64,000 nucleotides of DNA from an uncultured delta proteobacterium (lineage in GTDB: Bacteria > Myxococcota_A > Polyangia > Polyangiales > Polyangiaceae). The notes beneath the pieces are model-generated. The model was not told the DNA's origin. It was given only the letters and a program-made list of their open reading frames with translations, and did not search any database. A program made the translations under genes and the position numbers. The stretch lies in contig CAWJCS010000006.1 in the NCBI GenBank assembly GCA_963841435.1, positions 992,001 through 1,056,000 of the forward strand. The letters are read 5' to 3'. Shown in pieces: positions 1 through 10,407 of this stretch (within the stretch, counting starts at the first letter, position 1; each line of letters starts with the position of its first letter).

Positions 1-72
1 ACAGCGCTCCACTCGTTTTCCACAGCTTTCCCGCGAGATGAGGGCCGCTTCACCCCCGCGTCGCGCGCGGGC

Positions 73-1585
73 TCACTTCTTTGGCAGTGTCTCGCGGATC
101 GAAAAATCCTTCTCGGGATCGAGCACGTTGACCTTGGCGATGTGACGAAGCGACTCCTTCACGCTGCCCGCGTCGCCCACGACGACGATCACTTCGGAGC
201 CGGGCCGGTAGTACCGCGCCGCCACGCGCGCGCTCCCTTCGGGATCGAGCTGTCGCACGGCGTGCCGGTAGTCGTCGTAGCTTTCGTCGGGAAGGCCGAG
301 CACGAGCAGCCGGCTCGCGAGCTCCGCGATCGCGCCAGCCGTTTCCATGCGAAAAAGGAAGCTGTCCGACAGGAAGCGCGCGGCGCGATCGAGCTCCTGC
401 TCGCTCGGTGCCGTTTCGCCGAGGCGCGCGAAATGCTCGAGCAGCGCGCTGACGGCTTCGGTCGTCTTTTCGGTCTGTGTTCCGGCCGAGAGCACGAGAG
501 GCATGGGGCCGTGCGCGGGCTCCTCGACCCAGGAGCCCGTGCTGTAGGCGAGCGACCGCTTCTCGCGCACGTCGAGAAAGAGTCGCCCGGCGGTGCCCCC
601 TCCGAGGAGCTGGTTCGACGCCATCACCGCCGCGTAGTCCCGACTCTTTCGTTCCGGCCCGAACGTGGCGACGAGGATTTGGCTCTGTGTGCTGCCCGGG
701 CGATCGACGAGCAAGAGCACCCGCGAATCGGGCCCGTGCGGATCGGGAAAGCTCACGGGCTCGGGGCGGGGACCGCGCCAGCCGCCGAGCCAGGTCGTCG
801 CGGCGCGCTCGACGTCGTCGGGACGAACGTCGCCGGCCACGACGAGCTCCGCGTTCGCCGGCGTCACGTGCTTTCCGTACCAGCCGACGACGTCACGCAG
901 GCGGATGGCAGCAAGCTCGCTGGGCGAGGCGTCGTATGCGGCGTAGGGATGGACCGAGACGGGCAGCGCGTAGAGCTCGCGGTAGAGGGCCGTCGCCGCG
1001 AGCCAGCTCGGGCTCGTGCGGGCGCGGTCCTTCACGCGGTCGATTCTCGCGCTGGCGGAGCTTTTCGAGCTCGGAGCCGGGCAGGCGCGGCTTCTCGACG
1101 ACGGCCTGGACGATCTCGAGCGCCCGGTCGAGGTCGCCCTTGGTCACGGCGAGGGAAATGCGCGTCGAGTCGCGGTCGGTCTGGATCGACAGACGGGACC
1201 CGAGTGCCTCGGAGCGTTCGACGAGCTCCTGGCTCGTGAAGGGGCCCGCGCCGCCGTCCTTGAGCAGGCGCCCCGTGAGGGAGGCGAGGCCGGGGAGCTC
1301 TCCGTCAGTGGCCTGTCCGGAGTGGAGCACGAGCCGGATCTCCACGACGGGAAACGAGGCTCGCGGCACGATGGCGAGCCCGAGCCCGTTCGGCAGCTGG
1401 CGATGCTCGATCGGCGGAAACGGGGCGGAGGGAGTGATGCCGGCGGGCGGGGGCTCGGCGAGCGGATCGCTGGGCGGCGCGAGCGCGACGGGGGGTGCAG
1501 CGAGTGCGGGCGCTGGCGGCGCGACGGGCGCGGGGGGCGACGCGCAAGCCGCCGCGAAGACCAACCAGGCGAGGGAGCGTTTCAC
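73..1585 (-). CDS. M16B family peptidase-like lipoprotein, non-catalytic subunit; interrupted by a +1 frameshift at about 1044
   Basis: ORF 893-1585 gives a lipobox (LVFAAAC) and the M16 N-domain, with no HxxEH (GLASLTGRLL instead). ORF 73-1035 gives the C-domains (LLGGGTAGRLF, VREKRSLAYS). Removing one A from GAGAATCGAC restores REIDRVKDRAR. Confidence 0.85.
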
Positions 1586-2982
1586 GGCGTGCCTCCTTTC
1601 GGCATCACCTCGACGACTACGCGCCGCTCGGGTGCGAGGTACCGCTCCGCGGCGGCGCGCACGTCCTCGGCCTTTACGTCGAGGTAGTGCGAGAGCTCGC
1701 GGGCGAAGAGCCGTGCGTCGCCCAGGAAGAGCTCGTCCTCACCGAGCGCCACCGCACGGCTCAGCGTCGTCTGCAGGCCGAACACGAAGCTTGCCTTGAC
1801 GCGCTGCTTGGCGCGCGAGAGCTCGGCCGCTGTCGGTGGTTGCCGGCGGAGACGCTCGAGCTCCTGATCGAGGGCTTTTGCCACCTCGGGCAGCTTGGCC
1901 TTCTCCGAGAGCACCACCTGCACGCCGAACTGATCGGGCCCCTCGAAATCGCGCGTCCAGGCGCGCGCTTCGAGCGCGATCGCCTTTTTTCGCACGAGCT
2001 TCTGATAGAGGCGCGCGCTCTCGCCATCGCCGAGCAGCATGGCCGCCATCTCGAGCGCGTAGTGCTCGGGCGTGTGCGTCGCGGGAACGAGATAGCCGTA
2101 GTAAAGGCTCGCTGTCTTGGCGTTCGCGTCCTCGACGCGTTCGCGGGCCGGGCGAGGCTCGGGCGCGGAGACCGCGGGCCGCTCGGTCTTCTTGCCACGC
2201 CGCGGCAGCGGACCGAAGTAGCCCTCGACGAGCTCGAGAGCCTGGTCCTTGTCGAAGCCGCCCGCGATGGTGAGGACTGCGTTCTCGGGCGAGTAGTGCT
2301 CTTCGTAGAACTGTTTGACCCACGCGAGCTGCGCGCCGTCCAAATCGGCGATCTTGCCGATGGTCGGGTTCGCGTAGGGAGGGTAGCTCGCGAACACGAG
2401 CTCGCCGAGGCGCAGCGCCGCGAGCATGTACGGTGCATTCGCGTAGCGCATGCGGTACTCCTCCTTGACGACGGCGCGCTGATTTTCGAAATTTGCGGCC
2501 GAAACGTCGAGGGAGCGCATGCGATCGGCCTCGAGCCACAGCGCGAGCGCGAGCTCGCTCGACGGGAGCACCTCGTAGTAATTGGTACGATCGGCGTTCG
2601 TGGTGCCGTTGAGCGTTCCGCCGCGTTCGGCGATCAAGGCGAAGTGCTGACCCTTTTTCACGTGGCCGCTGCCCTGGAACATCATGTGCTCGAACAGATG
2701 TGCAAAGCCGCTCCGGCCCGCCACCTCGTCCTGTGAGCCCACCGCGTAGGTCACGCTCACGGCGACGGTGGGCGCCGTCGTATCCGGCGCCAACACGACG
2801 CGCAGGCCGTTCGCGAGGGTTCGCCGCTCGATCGACAGCGCAAGTCGCTCGAGGGCCTCGAGGGCCGGGTCGGCCGCAGCCCGCGCGGGAGCGCCTTCGG
2901 CGCGCGCCGTTGGGGTGGGTCCGACCAAAAGCCCGAGCATTGCCGCGACGAGTGCCGGCACCATCGCCTTCCGAATAGCCAT
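1582..2982 (-). CDS. M16 family (pitrilysin/insulinase) zinc peptidase, catalytic subunit, secreted
   Basis: Signal peptide, GFAHLFEHMMF (HxxEH), NGTTNADRTNYY, VVKEEYR; stop overlaps the start of the downstream partner. Confidence 0.93.
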   Translation of the reverse strand: MAIRKAMVPALVAAMLGLLVGPTPTARAEGAPARAAADPALEALERLALSIERRTLANGLRVVLAPDTTAPTVAVSVTYAVGSQDEVAGRSGFAHLFEHMMFQGSGHVKKGQHFALIAERGGTLNGTTNADRTNYYEVLPSSELALALWLEADRMRSLDVSAANFENQRAVVKEEYRMRYANAPYMLAALRLGELVFASYPPYANPTIGKIADLDGAQLAWVKQFYEEHYSPENAVLTIAGGFDKDQALELVEGYFGPLPRRGKKTERPAVSAPEPRPARERVEDANAKTASLYYGYLVPATHTPEHYALEMAAMLLGDGESARLYQKLVRKKAIALEARAWTRDFEGPDQFGVQVVLSEKAKLPEVAKALDQELERLRRQPPTAAELSRAKQRVKASFVFGLQTTLSRAVALGEDELFLGDARLFARELSHYLDVKAEDVRAAAERYLAPERRVVVEVMPKGGTP

Positions 2983-3084
2983 CCGAGGGCGCTTACCATG
3001 GCTTTTATGCTCTCGCTTATCGAAGTGGAGCGAAGCTATGCCCCTTTGGCTCGGGAGCGGCGTCGCGCTAGGCTAGAGACTGCC

Positions 3085-3897
3085 GTGCTTGTGTTGCTCG
3101 CGCCGAGCTTCGACGGTAGCGATCAGGGCTACCAGGTGCTGGCACAGGCTACGGGGCTCGTTCAGTACGATCTTCGCACGCGCGTGAAGCCCGGCAGCTG
3201 GGGTCTCGTGAAGGGGTTCGCCGACGCGGGGCCTGCGCAGGAGCTCGCGAGCCGCCTGATCGCGCACGGCTTTCCCGTCGTGCTCGTGGATCGCCAGGTG
3301 GCTCACGATCCAGAGCGCCGCGTCGTTCCCGTGCAGGGGCTCGTCATGGGCGAGGCTGATTTCGCGCTCCAGCTGCGGGACCGCGAGATGCGGATCCCGT
3401 ACGGGGCGCTCACCTGCATCGTCGAGGGTGAGGTGCAGCCGGGGCGAGCGGCGCGCGGCGTGCGCCAGACGCCGAGCGGGACGAGTAGCGGTGCGCTCCG
3501 CGCGGTCGTACCGACGCTCGGCGAGGTGCAGGCGTTTCGCGACGCGCAGGTCGCCGCGCAGGTGGGCTACCTCGCCGCGGACCTCCATTTTGCGACGGTA
3601 CGCTGGGTCGCGCGGCTCGACACGCGCTTGCTCGATTTCGGCGCAGAACGTAGTGGCAACGTCGCCGCCGACCTCGCGGGCCTGACGACGCTGCTCGCGG
3701 CTCGCACCGGCGTGCGCATCGATCGCGGGGTCAAGACCTCGAGTCTCGCCTCGTTCGCCGATCAACCCGTGCCGATGCGCGCGAATTCCTGGCCGCCCGT
3801 CAGCGCGCGTTCCAAGCACGAAGCCGCGGACAACCGCTTCGACTCGTACTCGCGCCTAGTAGGAGAAGCCGAACGAGTCGCAAGACACCTGTCCTGA
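3085..3897 (+). CDS. Hypothetical protein
   Basis: GC3-biased frame within ORF 2998-3897. GTG at 3085 chosen because TAGGCT (3069-3074) lies just upstream. Confidence 0.7.
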   Translation: MLVLLAPSFDGSDQGYQVLAQATGLVQYDLRTRVKPGSWGLVKGFADAGPAQELASRLIAHGFPVVLVDRQVAHDPERRVVPVQGLVMGEADFALQLRDREMRIPYGALTCIVEGEVQPGRAARGVRQTPSGTSSGALRAVVPTLGEVQAFRDAQVAAQVGYLAADLHFATVRWVARLDTRLLDFGAERSGNVAADLAGLTTLLAARTGVRIDRGVKTSSLASFADQPVPMRANSWPPVSARSKHEAADNRFDSYSRLVGEAERVARHLS

Positions 3898-3917
3898 CGC
3901 GAGACGGCGGGATCGTC

Positions 3918-4541
3918 TCACGAGCCCGCACACTCGTCACTCTCTGGATGCCGCCTACACAAGGTCTGCGCGCGGTCCACGAGCGCTGCTGCCTGTCGTG
4001 CGCTCCGCGCGACCCCGTCGCCCGAGCGATAACGCTCGGCGAGCACGAGGCACGCGCGCGCTGAATCTCGCTCGCAGCGACGGACGAGCTGCGTCAGCTC
4101 CACGCGCCGGTAGTTGCGCGCACGCTCGGCGTCGCGCGGAACGACGCGGCCGGCGTCGTAGGCGTCAGCCGCGCGGTGGCACGCCTCCGGGTCCTTCTGG
4201 TAACAGCGGATCTCGGTGGCGGTGAGCTCGTCGGGTGACGCGACGGGCGGCAGCGACGGGAACACGATGGCCGCGGCGCTCGCCGACGTGTCCGGTGCGG
4301 CGCTACCTGACGGGGCGGCGCTACCTGACGGGGCGGCAGAGGCGGTCGGGGACCGAGCGGGTGCGATCGGTGGCTCGTTGGACGGTGCCGCGCTCGCCCG
4401 AGGTGGCGAGGCGCTGCCGACGGCGGCCACGGCGCGCGCCGCGGCGGGGGCGAGGGGCGGCGGCGGCTCGTTCTTCTGAGCGACCGCGAGCGCTACCCCT
4501 GCGGTCGCGCCGACGAGGACGGCGAGCGCCTGGGCGCGCAT
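3918..4541 (-). CDS. Membrane-anchored or secreted protein with Pro/Ala/Ser linker and C-terminal Sel1-like repeats
   Basis: ATG overlaps the upstream stop (TGATG). Hydrophobic N-terminus; ACHRAADAYDAGRVVPRDAERA and ACLVLAERYRSGDGVARSARQA resemble Sel1 repeats. Confidence 0.72.
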   Translation of the reverse strand: MRAQALAVLVGATAGVALAVAQKNEPPPPLAPAAARAVAAVGSASPPRASAAPSNEPPIAPARSPTASAAPSGSAAPSGSAAPDTSASAAAIVFPSLPPVASPDELTATEIRCYQKDPEACHRAADAYDAGRVVPRDAERARNYRRVELTQLVRRCERDSARACLVLAERYRSGDGVARSARQAAALVDRAQTLCRRHPESDECAGS

Positions 4542-6556
4542 CAAGCGAGCCCCTGGCGCTCGAGCAGCGCCTCCATCCGCGGCTCCCGCCCCATGAAGCC
4601 CACGAACAGATCCATCGGATCGCGGCTGTCGCCCTGCGAGAGCACGGCGTCCCGGAAGGCGGCCCCGACGGCCGGGCTCAGCACGCCCTCGCGCCGGAAG
4701 CGCCCGAACGCGTCCGCGTCGAGCACCTCGGCCCACTTGTAGGAATAGTACCCCGCCGCGTACCCGACGGGATGCGAGAACAGATGCAAGAAGCCGGCGA
4801 GCATGCCGTAGTCGTCGGGCAGGGGAGCCGCGGCGTATTTTTCGAGGACCCGGTTCCCGAAGGCGAGAGGGTCTGCGTCGCCGCCCTCGAAGCCGCGGTG
4901 CAGCGCGAGGTCGACCGCCGCGAAGCCGAGCTGGCGCATCTGCTGGCTCGCCGCGCGAAACGTGCGAGCCGCGCGGAGCCTGTCGAGCAGGTCGTCGGGG
5001 ATGGGCGCGCCGGTCTCGTAGTGCCGGGCGAACAGGTTCAGGCCCTCACGCTCCGTGCAGAAGTTTTCCATGATCTGCGACGGGAGCTCGACGAAGTCCT
5101 GGACCACGCGCGTTCCCGCGAGGCTCCGCACGCTCACCGTGCTCAGGCAGTGGTGCAGGAGGTGGCCGAACTCGTGGAAGATGGTCTCGACGTCCCGATG
5201 CGTGAGGAGCGACGGCTTGCCGCCCGCGGGCGGCGCGACATTGGCGCAGAACACGGCGACGTGACGCGCCGGCGGCACGGCAGCGACGAGCCCGTGCATC
5301 CAGGCGCCGCCGCGCTTACTCTCGCGCGGGTAGGGGTCAACGTAGAACTGGGCAAGCTCCCGCCCGTCGCGGTCGAGCAGGCGGAAGGCGCTCACGCTCT
5401 CGTGCCACGTGCTCGCGCCCTCGTCTGCGACGACGCTCACACCGTAGAGCGTCTGCGCGAGCGCGAACGCTCCGTTTAGCACCCGGTCGAAGGGAAAGTA
5501 GGGACGGAGCTTTTCGTCGTCGAACGCGTAGCGTGAGAGCTTGAGCTTCTCGGAGTAGTAACCGATGTCCCACGGCATGAGCTCGGGGGCGCTCGGCCCT
5601 TCGAGCTCGCGGCGGAACGCGAGCAGCTCGGTCTTTTCGTGCTCGAACGCGGGTTCGGTCTTCTGGGTGAGGTCGTCGACGAAACGCTGGGCCTCGGCGC
5701 CAGTTTTGGCCATGCGCTCTTCGGTGACGAGATCGGCGAAGTCCCCGAAGCCGAGCAGACGCGCCCTCTCGCGCCGGAGCTCGAGCAGGCGACGCACGAG
5801 TGGGCGATTGTCTCGCTCGCCCGAGGTTGCCCGATCGTTGTACGCCTTCCAGATCGCGCGCCTGAGCTCGGGATCGTGGGCGTACGTGAGCACGGCGGTG
5901 ACGCTCGGCGCCTGCAGCGTCAAGCGGAAGCCCGGCTTGTCGGCGGCTCGGGCAGCGTCGCGCGCGAGCTCGAGCGCCGACGGGGGCAGCCCCGAGAGCT
6001 TCGCTTCGTCCTCGATGACGAGCGCGAAGGCGTTGGTGTCGTCGAGCACGTTTTGCGCGAAGCGGGAGGTGAGCGTCGAGAGCTCACGGTCGATCGCCGT
6101 GAGGCGCTCCTTCTCGGGACCGGCGAGGCTAGCGCCGTGGCGGCGCAGCTCCGCGAGGGTTTTCTTGAGGAAGCGGGTGCGCGTGGGGTCGAGCGCGCGA
6201 GCCTCCGCCGTCTCGGCGAAGGCGGAGAGGCGCGCGAAGAGTCGCGAGCGCAGTGGGATTCCGGCAAAGAAGGCGCTCACCTCCGGCAGCATCTCGTTGT
6301 AGGCGTCGCGCAGGGCCTGCGTCGTGGCCGTGCTCTCGAGGTGCTCCACGACGCCCCAGGCGGTCTCGAGCCGCTCGCTGGCGGTTTCGAGCGCAGCGAG
6401 CGTGCTCGAGTAGGTGGGTGGCGAGAGGTCGGACTCGAGCGCCTCGAGCCGAGCGTTGGCGTCGGCGAGCAGCGCGCTCACGGCGGGAACGACGTGCTCC
6501 GGGCGAACGCGGTCGAAGGGGAGCTCGGTGCCGAGGTCGAGCAGCGGGTTTTCCAC
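4541..6556 (-). CDS. prlC: M3A family oligopeptidase A
   Basis: N-terminal NPLL, KRGGAWM, HEFGH zinc motif, DFVELPSQIMEN, YAAGYYSYKWAEVL. Confidence 0.93.
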   Translation of the reverse strand: MENPLLDLGTELPFDRVRPEHVVPAVSALLADANARLEALESDLSPPTYSSTLAALETASERLETAWGVVEHLESTATTQALRDAYNEMLPEVSAFFAGIPLRSRLFARLSAFAETAEARALDPTRTRFLKKTLAELRRHGASLAGPEKERLTAIDRELSTLTSRFAQNVLDDTNAFALVIEDEAKLSGLPPSALELARDAARAADKPGFRLTLQAPSVTAVLTYAHDPELRRAIWKAYNDRATSGERDNRPLVRRLLELRRERARLLGFGDFADLVTEERMAKTGAEAQRFVDDLTQKTEPAFEHEKTELLAFRRELEGPSAPELMPWDIGYYSEKLKLSRYAFDDEKLRPYFPFDRVLNGAFALAQTLYGVSVVADEGASTWHESVSAFRLLDRDGRELAQFYVDPYPRESKRGGAWMHGLVAAVPPARHVAVFCANVAPPAGGKPSLLTHRDVETIFHEFGHLLHHCLSTVSVRSLAGTRVVQDFVELPSQIMENFCTEREGLNLFARHYETGAPIPDDLLDRLRAARTFRAASQQMRQLGFAAVDLALHRGFEGGDADPLAFGNRVLEKYAAAPLPDDYGMLAGFLHLFSHPVGYAAGYYSYKWAEVLDADAFGRFRREGVLSPAVGAAFRDAVLSQGDSRDPMDLFVGFMGREPRMEALLERQGLA

Positions 6557-6623
6557 GGGCGTCCGACTATAGCATCGCCCGGGCGCCGCTTTCGCGCCGT
6601 CCAGTTCACGCTATGCTCGTCGG

Positions 6624-8600
6624 GTGACGGAAGGCAGCATCGTCGCGGGTACGGAGCTCTACCGGCCCAGCGCCGAGCGGGTCCAGCGGAGCCGCCTCTA
6701 CACGTTCGCCGAGTACCTCGAGCGCGAGCACGGCGTCCCGCGCGGGAGCTACCAAAAGCTCTGGCGCTTTTCGGTCGACGAGATCCCGACGTTTTGGCGC
6801 GCGCTCGCGGATTTCTTCGACGTGCACTTCGTCACGGGCGAAAATCTGGTGCTCGCCGGCGCCATGCCGGATGCCCACTGGTTTCCGGGGGCAACCCTGA
6901 ACTACGCCGAGCACGCGCTCCGCGGACCCGACGAGGCGCTCGCGGTGATCGCCTGCTCCGAGGGCGGAGCACGCCGCACGCTGACGTTCGGCGAGCTCCG
7001 CAGCGAGGTCCAGAGGGTGCGCGCTGGGCTCGTCGCGCTCGGCGTCGGGCGGGGCGACCGCGTGGCGGCGCTCCTGCCGAACGGTGTCGAGGCGCTCGTC
7101 ACGTTCCTCGCGACGGCGAGCCTCGGCGCCGTGTTCTCGAGCTGCTCTCCCGAATTCGGCCTCAAAAGCGTGCTCGACCGTTTCCGCCAGATCCGGCCGC
7201 GCGTGTTGGTTGCCGTCGATGGCTATCGCTACGGCGGCAAGGCCTTCGATCGTTCGGCCGACGTCGCCGCCATCTTCGCGGACCTCGAGGGCGCGCGCGC
7301 CGTGGTCCTGCCCGTGCTCGCCGACGAGCCCCCGATCCCCGGCGCCCTGTCGTGGGCGGAGCTTTCGGCGGGCACGGCACCGCTCACGTTCGAGCCCGTG
7401 CCCTTCGAGCACCCGCTGTGGATCCTCTACTCCTCGGGCACGACTGGCTTGCCGAAGGCGATCGTTCAGGGGCACGGCGGCATCCTGCTCGAGCACATGA
7501 AGGCGCTCGCCCTGCATTCCGATCTCGGCCCGGGGGATCGCTTCTTTTGGTTTTCGACCACGGGCTGGATGATGTGGAACTATCTCGTGAGCGGCCTTAC
7601 CGTCGGCGCGACGATCGTCCTATACGACGGCAGCCCCGCGTATCCATCGCTCGACGCGCTCTGGGCATTCGCCGAGACCGAGCGCCTGACGTACTTCGGG
7701 ACGAGCGCGCCGTTCTTGCTTTCGTGCCAGAAGCGGCGCCTCGTGCCGAAGAGCAAGCACGACTTTTCGAGCCTGCGCGCGATCGGCAGCACCGGCGCGC
7801 CGTTGCCCGCGAATGGCTTCGCCTGGGTTTACCAGAACGTGAAGGATGATCTCTTGCTCGCGTCGGTGAGCGGCGGCACCGACGTGTGCACCGCGTTCCT
7901 ACTGTCCTGCCCTATGCTTCCAGTGCGTGCGGGTGAGATCCAGTGCGCGGGTCTCGGCGCCAAGGTGGAATCGTTCGATCCCGACGGGCAGCCGGTGACG
8001 GACGAGGTGGGGGAGCTCGTCCTCACGGCTCCGCTGCCGTCGATGCCCGTCTCGTTTTGGGGTGACGACGACGGGTCGCGGTTGCGCGAGGCGTATTTTT
8101 CGACCTTCCCCGGTGTGTGGCGCCACGGCGACTGGGTCAAGCTGACGAGCGCCGGCTCGGCCATCATCTACGGTCGCTCGGACTCGACGCTGAACCGCGG
8201 TGGCGTGCGCATGGGAACGAGCGAGTTTTACCGCGTCATCGAGGCGATCCCCGAGATTGCCGACAGCCTCGTCGTGGATACCGGCTCGCTCGACGGCGAC
8301 GTCATGGGCAAGCTCTGGTTGTTCGTCGTGCTCGCGGGCGAGGCGAAGCTCGATCAAGAGCTCGAGCGGCGCATCCGAACGACGCTCGTTGCCGAGCTCT
8401 CCCCGCGGCACGCTCCGGACGAGATCCGCGCCATCAGCGTCGTGCCCCGCACGCTGAACGGCAAGAAGCTCGAGGTCCCGGTCAAGCGCATCCTGCTCGG
8501 GACCGCGCTCGAGCGCGCCGTGAGCCGCGACACGCTCGCCGACCCGGGCGCTCTCGATCCGTTCGTCGCGCTCGCCGCCGAGCTCGGCACGCGCGCCTGA
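6624..8600 (+). CDS. Acetoacetate--CoA ligase
   Basis: WFPGATLNYAE, YSSGTTGLPKAIVQGHGG, TTGWMMWN, SVSGGTDVC, GRSDSTLNRGGVRMGTSE, NGKKLEVPVK. Confidence 0.93.
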   Translation: MTEGSIVAGTELYRPSAERVQRSRLYTFAEYLEREHGVPRGSYQKLWRFSVDEIPTFWRALADFFDVHFVTGENLVLAGAMPDAHWFPGATLNYAEHALRGPDEALAVIACSEGGARRTLTFGELRSEVQRVRAGLVALGVGRGDRVAALLPNGVEALVTFLATASLGAVFSSCSPEFGLKSVLDRFRQIRPRVLVAVDGYRYGGKAFDRSADVAAIFADLEGARAVVLPVLADEPPIPGALSWAELSAGTAPLTFEPVPFEHPLWILYSSGTTGLPKAIVQGHGGILLEHMKALALHSDLGPGDRFFWFSTTGWMMWNYLVSGLTVGATIVLYDGSPAYPSLDALWAFAETERLTYFGTSAPFLLSCQKRRLVPKSKHDFSSLRAIGSTGAPLPANGFAWVYQNVKDDLLLASVSGGTDVCTAFLLSCPMLPVRAGEIQCAGLGAKVESFDPDGQPVTDEVGELVLTAPLPSMPVSFWGDDDGSRLREAYFSTFPGVWRHGDWVKLTSAGSAIIYGRSDSTLNRGGVRMGTSEFYRVIEAIPEIADSLVVDTGSLDGDVMGKLWLFVVLAGEAKLDQELERRIRTTLVAELSPRHAPDEIRAISVVPRTLNGKKLEVPVKRILLGTALERAVSRDTLADPGALDPFVALAAELGTRA

Positions 8601-8624
8601 GGCGCGCTGCGCGTCGAGGGGCGC

Positions 8625-9533
8625 TCAGCGGTCGAGCCCGAGCCGCCGCCGCGACACCTCGAACGCCAGGGGGCTCGCGTCGATGCCGAGAAAGCGACGG
8701 CCGAGCCGGTGCGCCACGAACAGCGTCGTGCCCGAGCCGCACATCGGATCGAGCACGCGGCTTTCGGGCAGCGAGGCCGCAAGCACGATGCGTTCGAGCA
8801 GCGCTTCGGGTTTCTGCGTCGGGTAACCCGTGGCTTCGTCCGAGAGCGGCGTGTTGGCGCTCATCGCCGGGCAGTCGGCCCAGACGCTGCCGAGGCGTCG
8901 GCCGCGGTCGGCGTAATAGCGGTACGTCTTGCCCGCGATGCGGCGCTCGCGAAAGCGGCGGCCGCCCTCGTTGACGGACGAGAAATGCATGCGCAGGCTC
9001 GTCGAGGCGAACGGCTCGCGCAAGGTGGGGTCGTCGCCGTTCCAGATGGGCTCGCGGCCGCGCGCGTAGACGAGCAAGGTCTGGTGCGTGACGCTCGGCC
9101 CGCGCCGCCGTCGCCCGCCGTTGCCCGGCACCCAGACGATCTCGCCACGAAACGCGGTGCGGCCGAAGAGTCGATCGCAGAGGACCTTGGCCTCGTGCAC
9201 CGTGCGGTGATCGAGGTGCAAGAACAACGAGCCTCGCTCGCTCATGGCGTCCCTCACGGCAGCAAGCCGGGGCCCGAGCATGAAAAGGAACGCCTCGACG
9301 CTCGGAAACGTGTCGACATAGGCGCGCGGTCCCCGGGCGCGCGCGCCCTTGCCGCGGCGCACGCCGTGATGCGTGCGCGCGTTGAAAGGCGGATCCACGT
9401 AGACGAGGTCGCAGCGCTCGCGCGGCGCCCGCGCGAGCGACGGCAAAAGCTCGAGGCAGTCGCCGAGCGCGAGCGTTCCGCCCTTGCTCTCGAGCACGCG
9501 CGCGGGAAGCGTGCGGCCCGCGCGAGCGTTCAC
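8625..9533 (-). CDS. Site-specific DNA methyltransferase (N6-adenine/N4-cytosine, beta class), orphan
   Basis: Motif IV YVDPPFN precedes the target-recognition region, YPTQKPEALLERI and motif I VLDPMCGSGTT. GTG start overlaps the upstream TGA. Confidence 0.88.
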   Translation of the reverse strand: MNARAGRTLPARVLESKGGTLALGDCLELLPSLARAPRERCDLVYVDPPFNARTHHGVRRGKGARARGPRAYVDTFPSVEAFLFMLGPRLAAVRDAMSERGSLFLHLDHRTVHEAKVLCDRLFGRTAFRGEIVWVPGNGGRRRRGPSVTHQTLLVYARGREPIWNGDDPTLREPFASTSLRMHFSSVNEGGRRFRERRIAGKTYRYYADRGRRLGSVWADCPAMSANTPLSDEATGYPTQKPEALLERIVLAASLPESRVLDPMCGSGTTLFVAHRLGRRFLGIDASPLAFEVSRRRLGLDR

Positions 9534-10407
9534 TCGCCGGCCTCGGCGGGCACGAAGCTCTCGGCGCTGCCAGCGCCGCCGAGCGGGGCGGGTGGCTCGT
9601 CGCTCGCGAGGGCGGCGACGAGGCCCGGCTCGTCGAGCGCGACGGGCGCAGGCACGGGCGGCAGCCATTCCCAGTACGGACCACCACCGATGCAGCCGTG
9701 TGCCATCTCCTCGAGGCTACAGGCGATGCGCATGTGGACGTGATCGTCGTGGCTCAGGCTGTCGCCGGGCTCGAGCATGACGCTCTGGGCGTGGAGCACG
9801 AGATTCGAGCGGCTCCCCGCGCGCGAGCGCGTAGTCGACGAGCAGGGCCTCGATGGTGCGGCTCACGAACAGGAACTGAACGCCGATCTCCGGTGCCGTG
9901 ACGAGGGAGCGGACGAGGCGCCACTCGTGCTCAACGTCGAAGCGAAGAACCTGCCCGCTTTCCCACACGCGCGCGAGACCATCGGTGCCGACGCGCACGA
10001 ATCCGGGAGCTGTGACTCTTGCGCCGCCGGGCGTCAAAAAGTAAAATAGAATGTTGAACGTCACGGCCCGTGCGGTGCGATTGATGCCCGGGGATCTTGC
10101 CGCCGTTCTGGGCGGACAGGTCGCCGATGACGAGTGGGGGCGCGTTCGGTCCGACAGCGAGCTCGTCCGCGATGCGCTCGAGCGCGGCGACGAGCCGCGG
10201 GCGGCCGAAGTAGTGGTCGCCCTGGGGGCGAAAACGAACGAAGCCCGGGCCGCTCACGGGCAGCTCCACGCCGTCGGTCTGCACGCCCGAGCCCGGCGCA
10301 CCGACCGTGCCCGTGATGCCGGGCGTGAGCGGCGAGGGCGCGGCGATGCACCCCGTGAGCGACAGGGCCGAAAGCCACGCGAGGAGCCGAGCGCCCGCGC
10401 TCCTCAC
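9530..10407 (-). CDS. mepA: Penicillin-insensitive murein endopeptidase (MepA-like) lipoprotein; two +1 frameshifts (about 10057 and 9804)
   Basis: Lipobox LSLTGC, VIGDLSAQNGG, HQSHRTGRDV and HDDHVHMRIAC, read across three consecutive frames. Confidence 0.8.

Noticed and set aside
4297-4337. Tandem 18-bp repeat GCGGCGCTACCTGACGGG, and similar short repeats at about 52710-52780 and 53275-53290
   Set aside because: They encode low-complexity linkers (PSGSAA, GGAAGEAP, ASDAT); ordinary slippage.
10036-10060. AT-rich patch AAAAAGTAAAATAGAATGTTGAA as a promoter or insertion
   Set aside because: It lies inside mepA and encodes the expected ILFYFL strand. It coincides with a frameshift, so it may be a low-quality consensus stretch.
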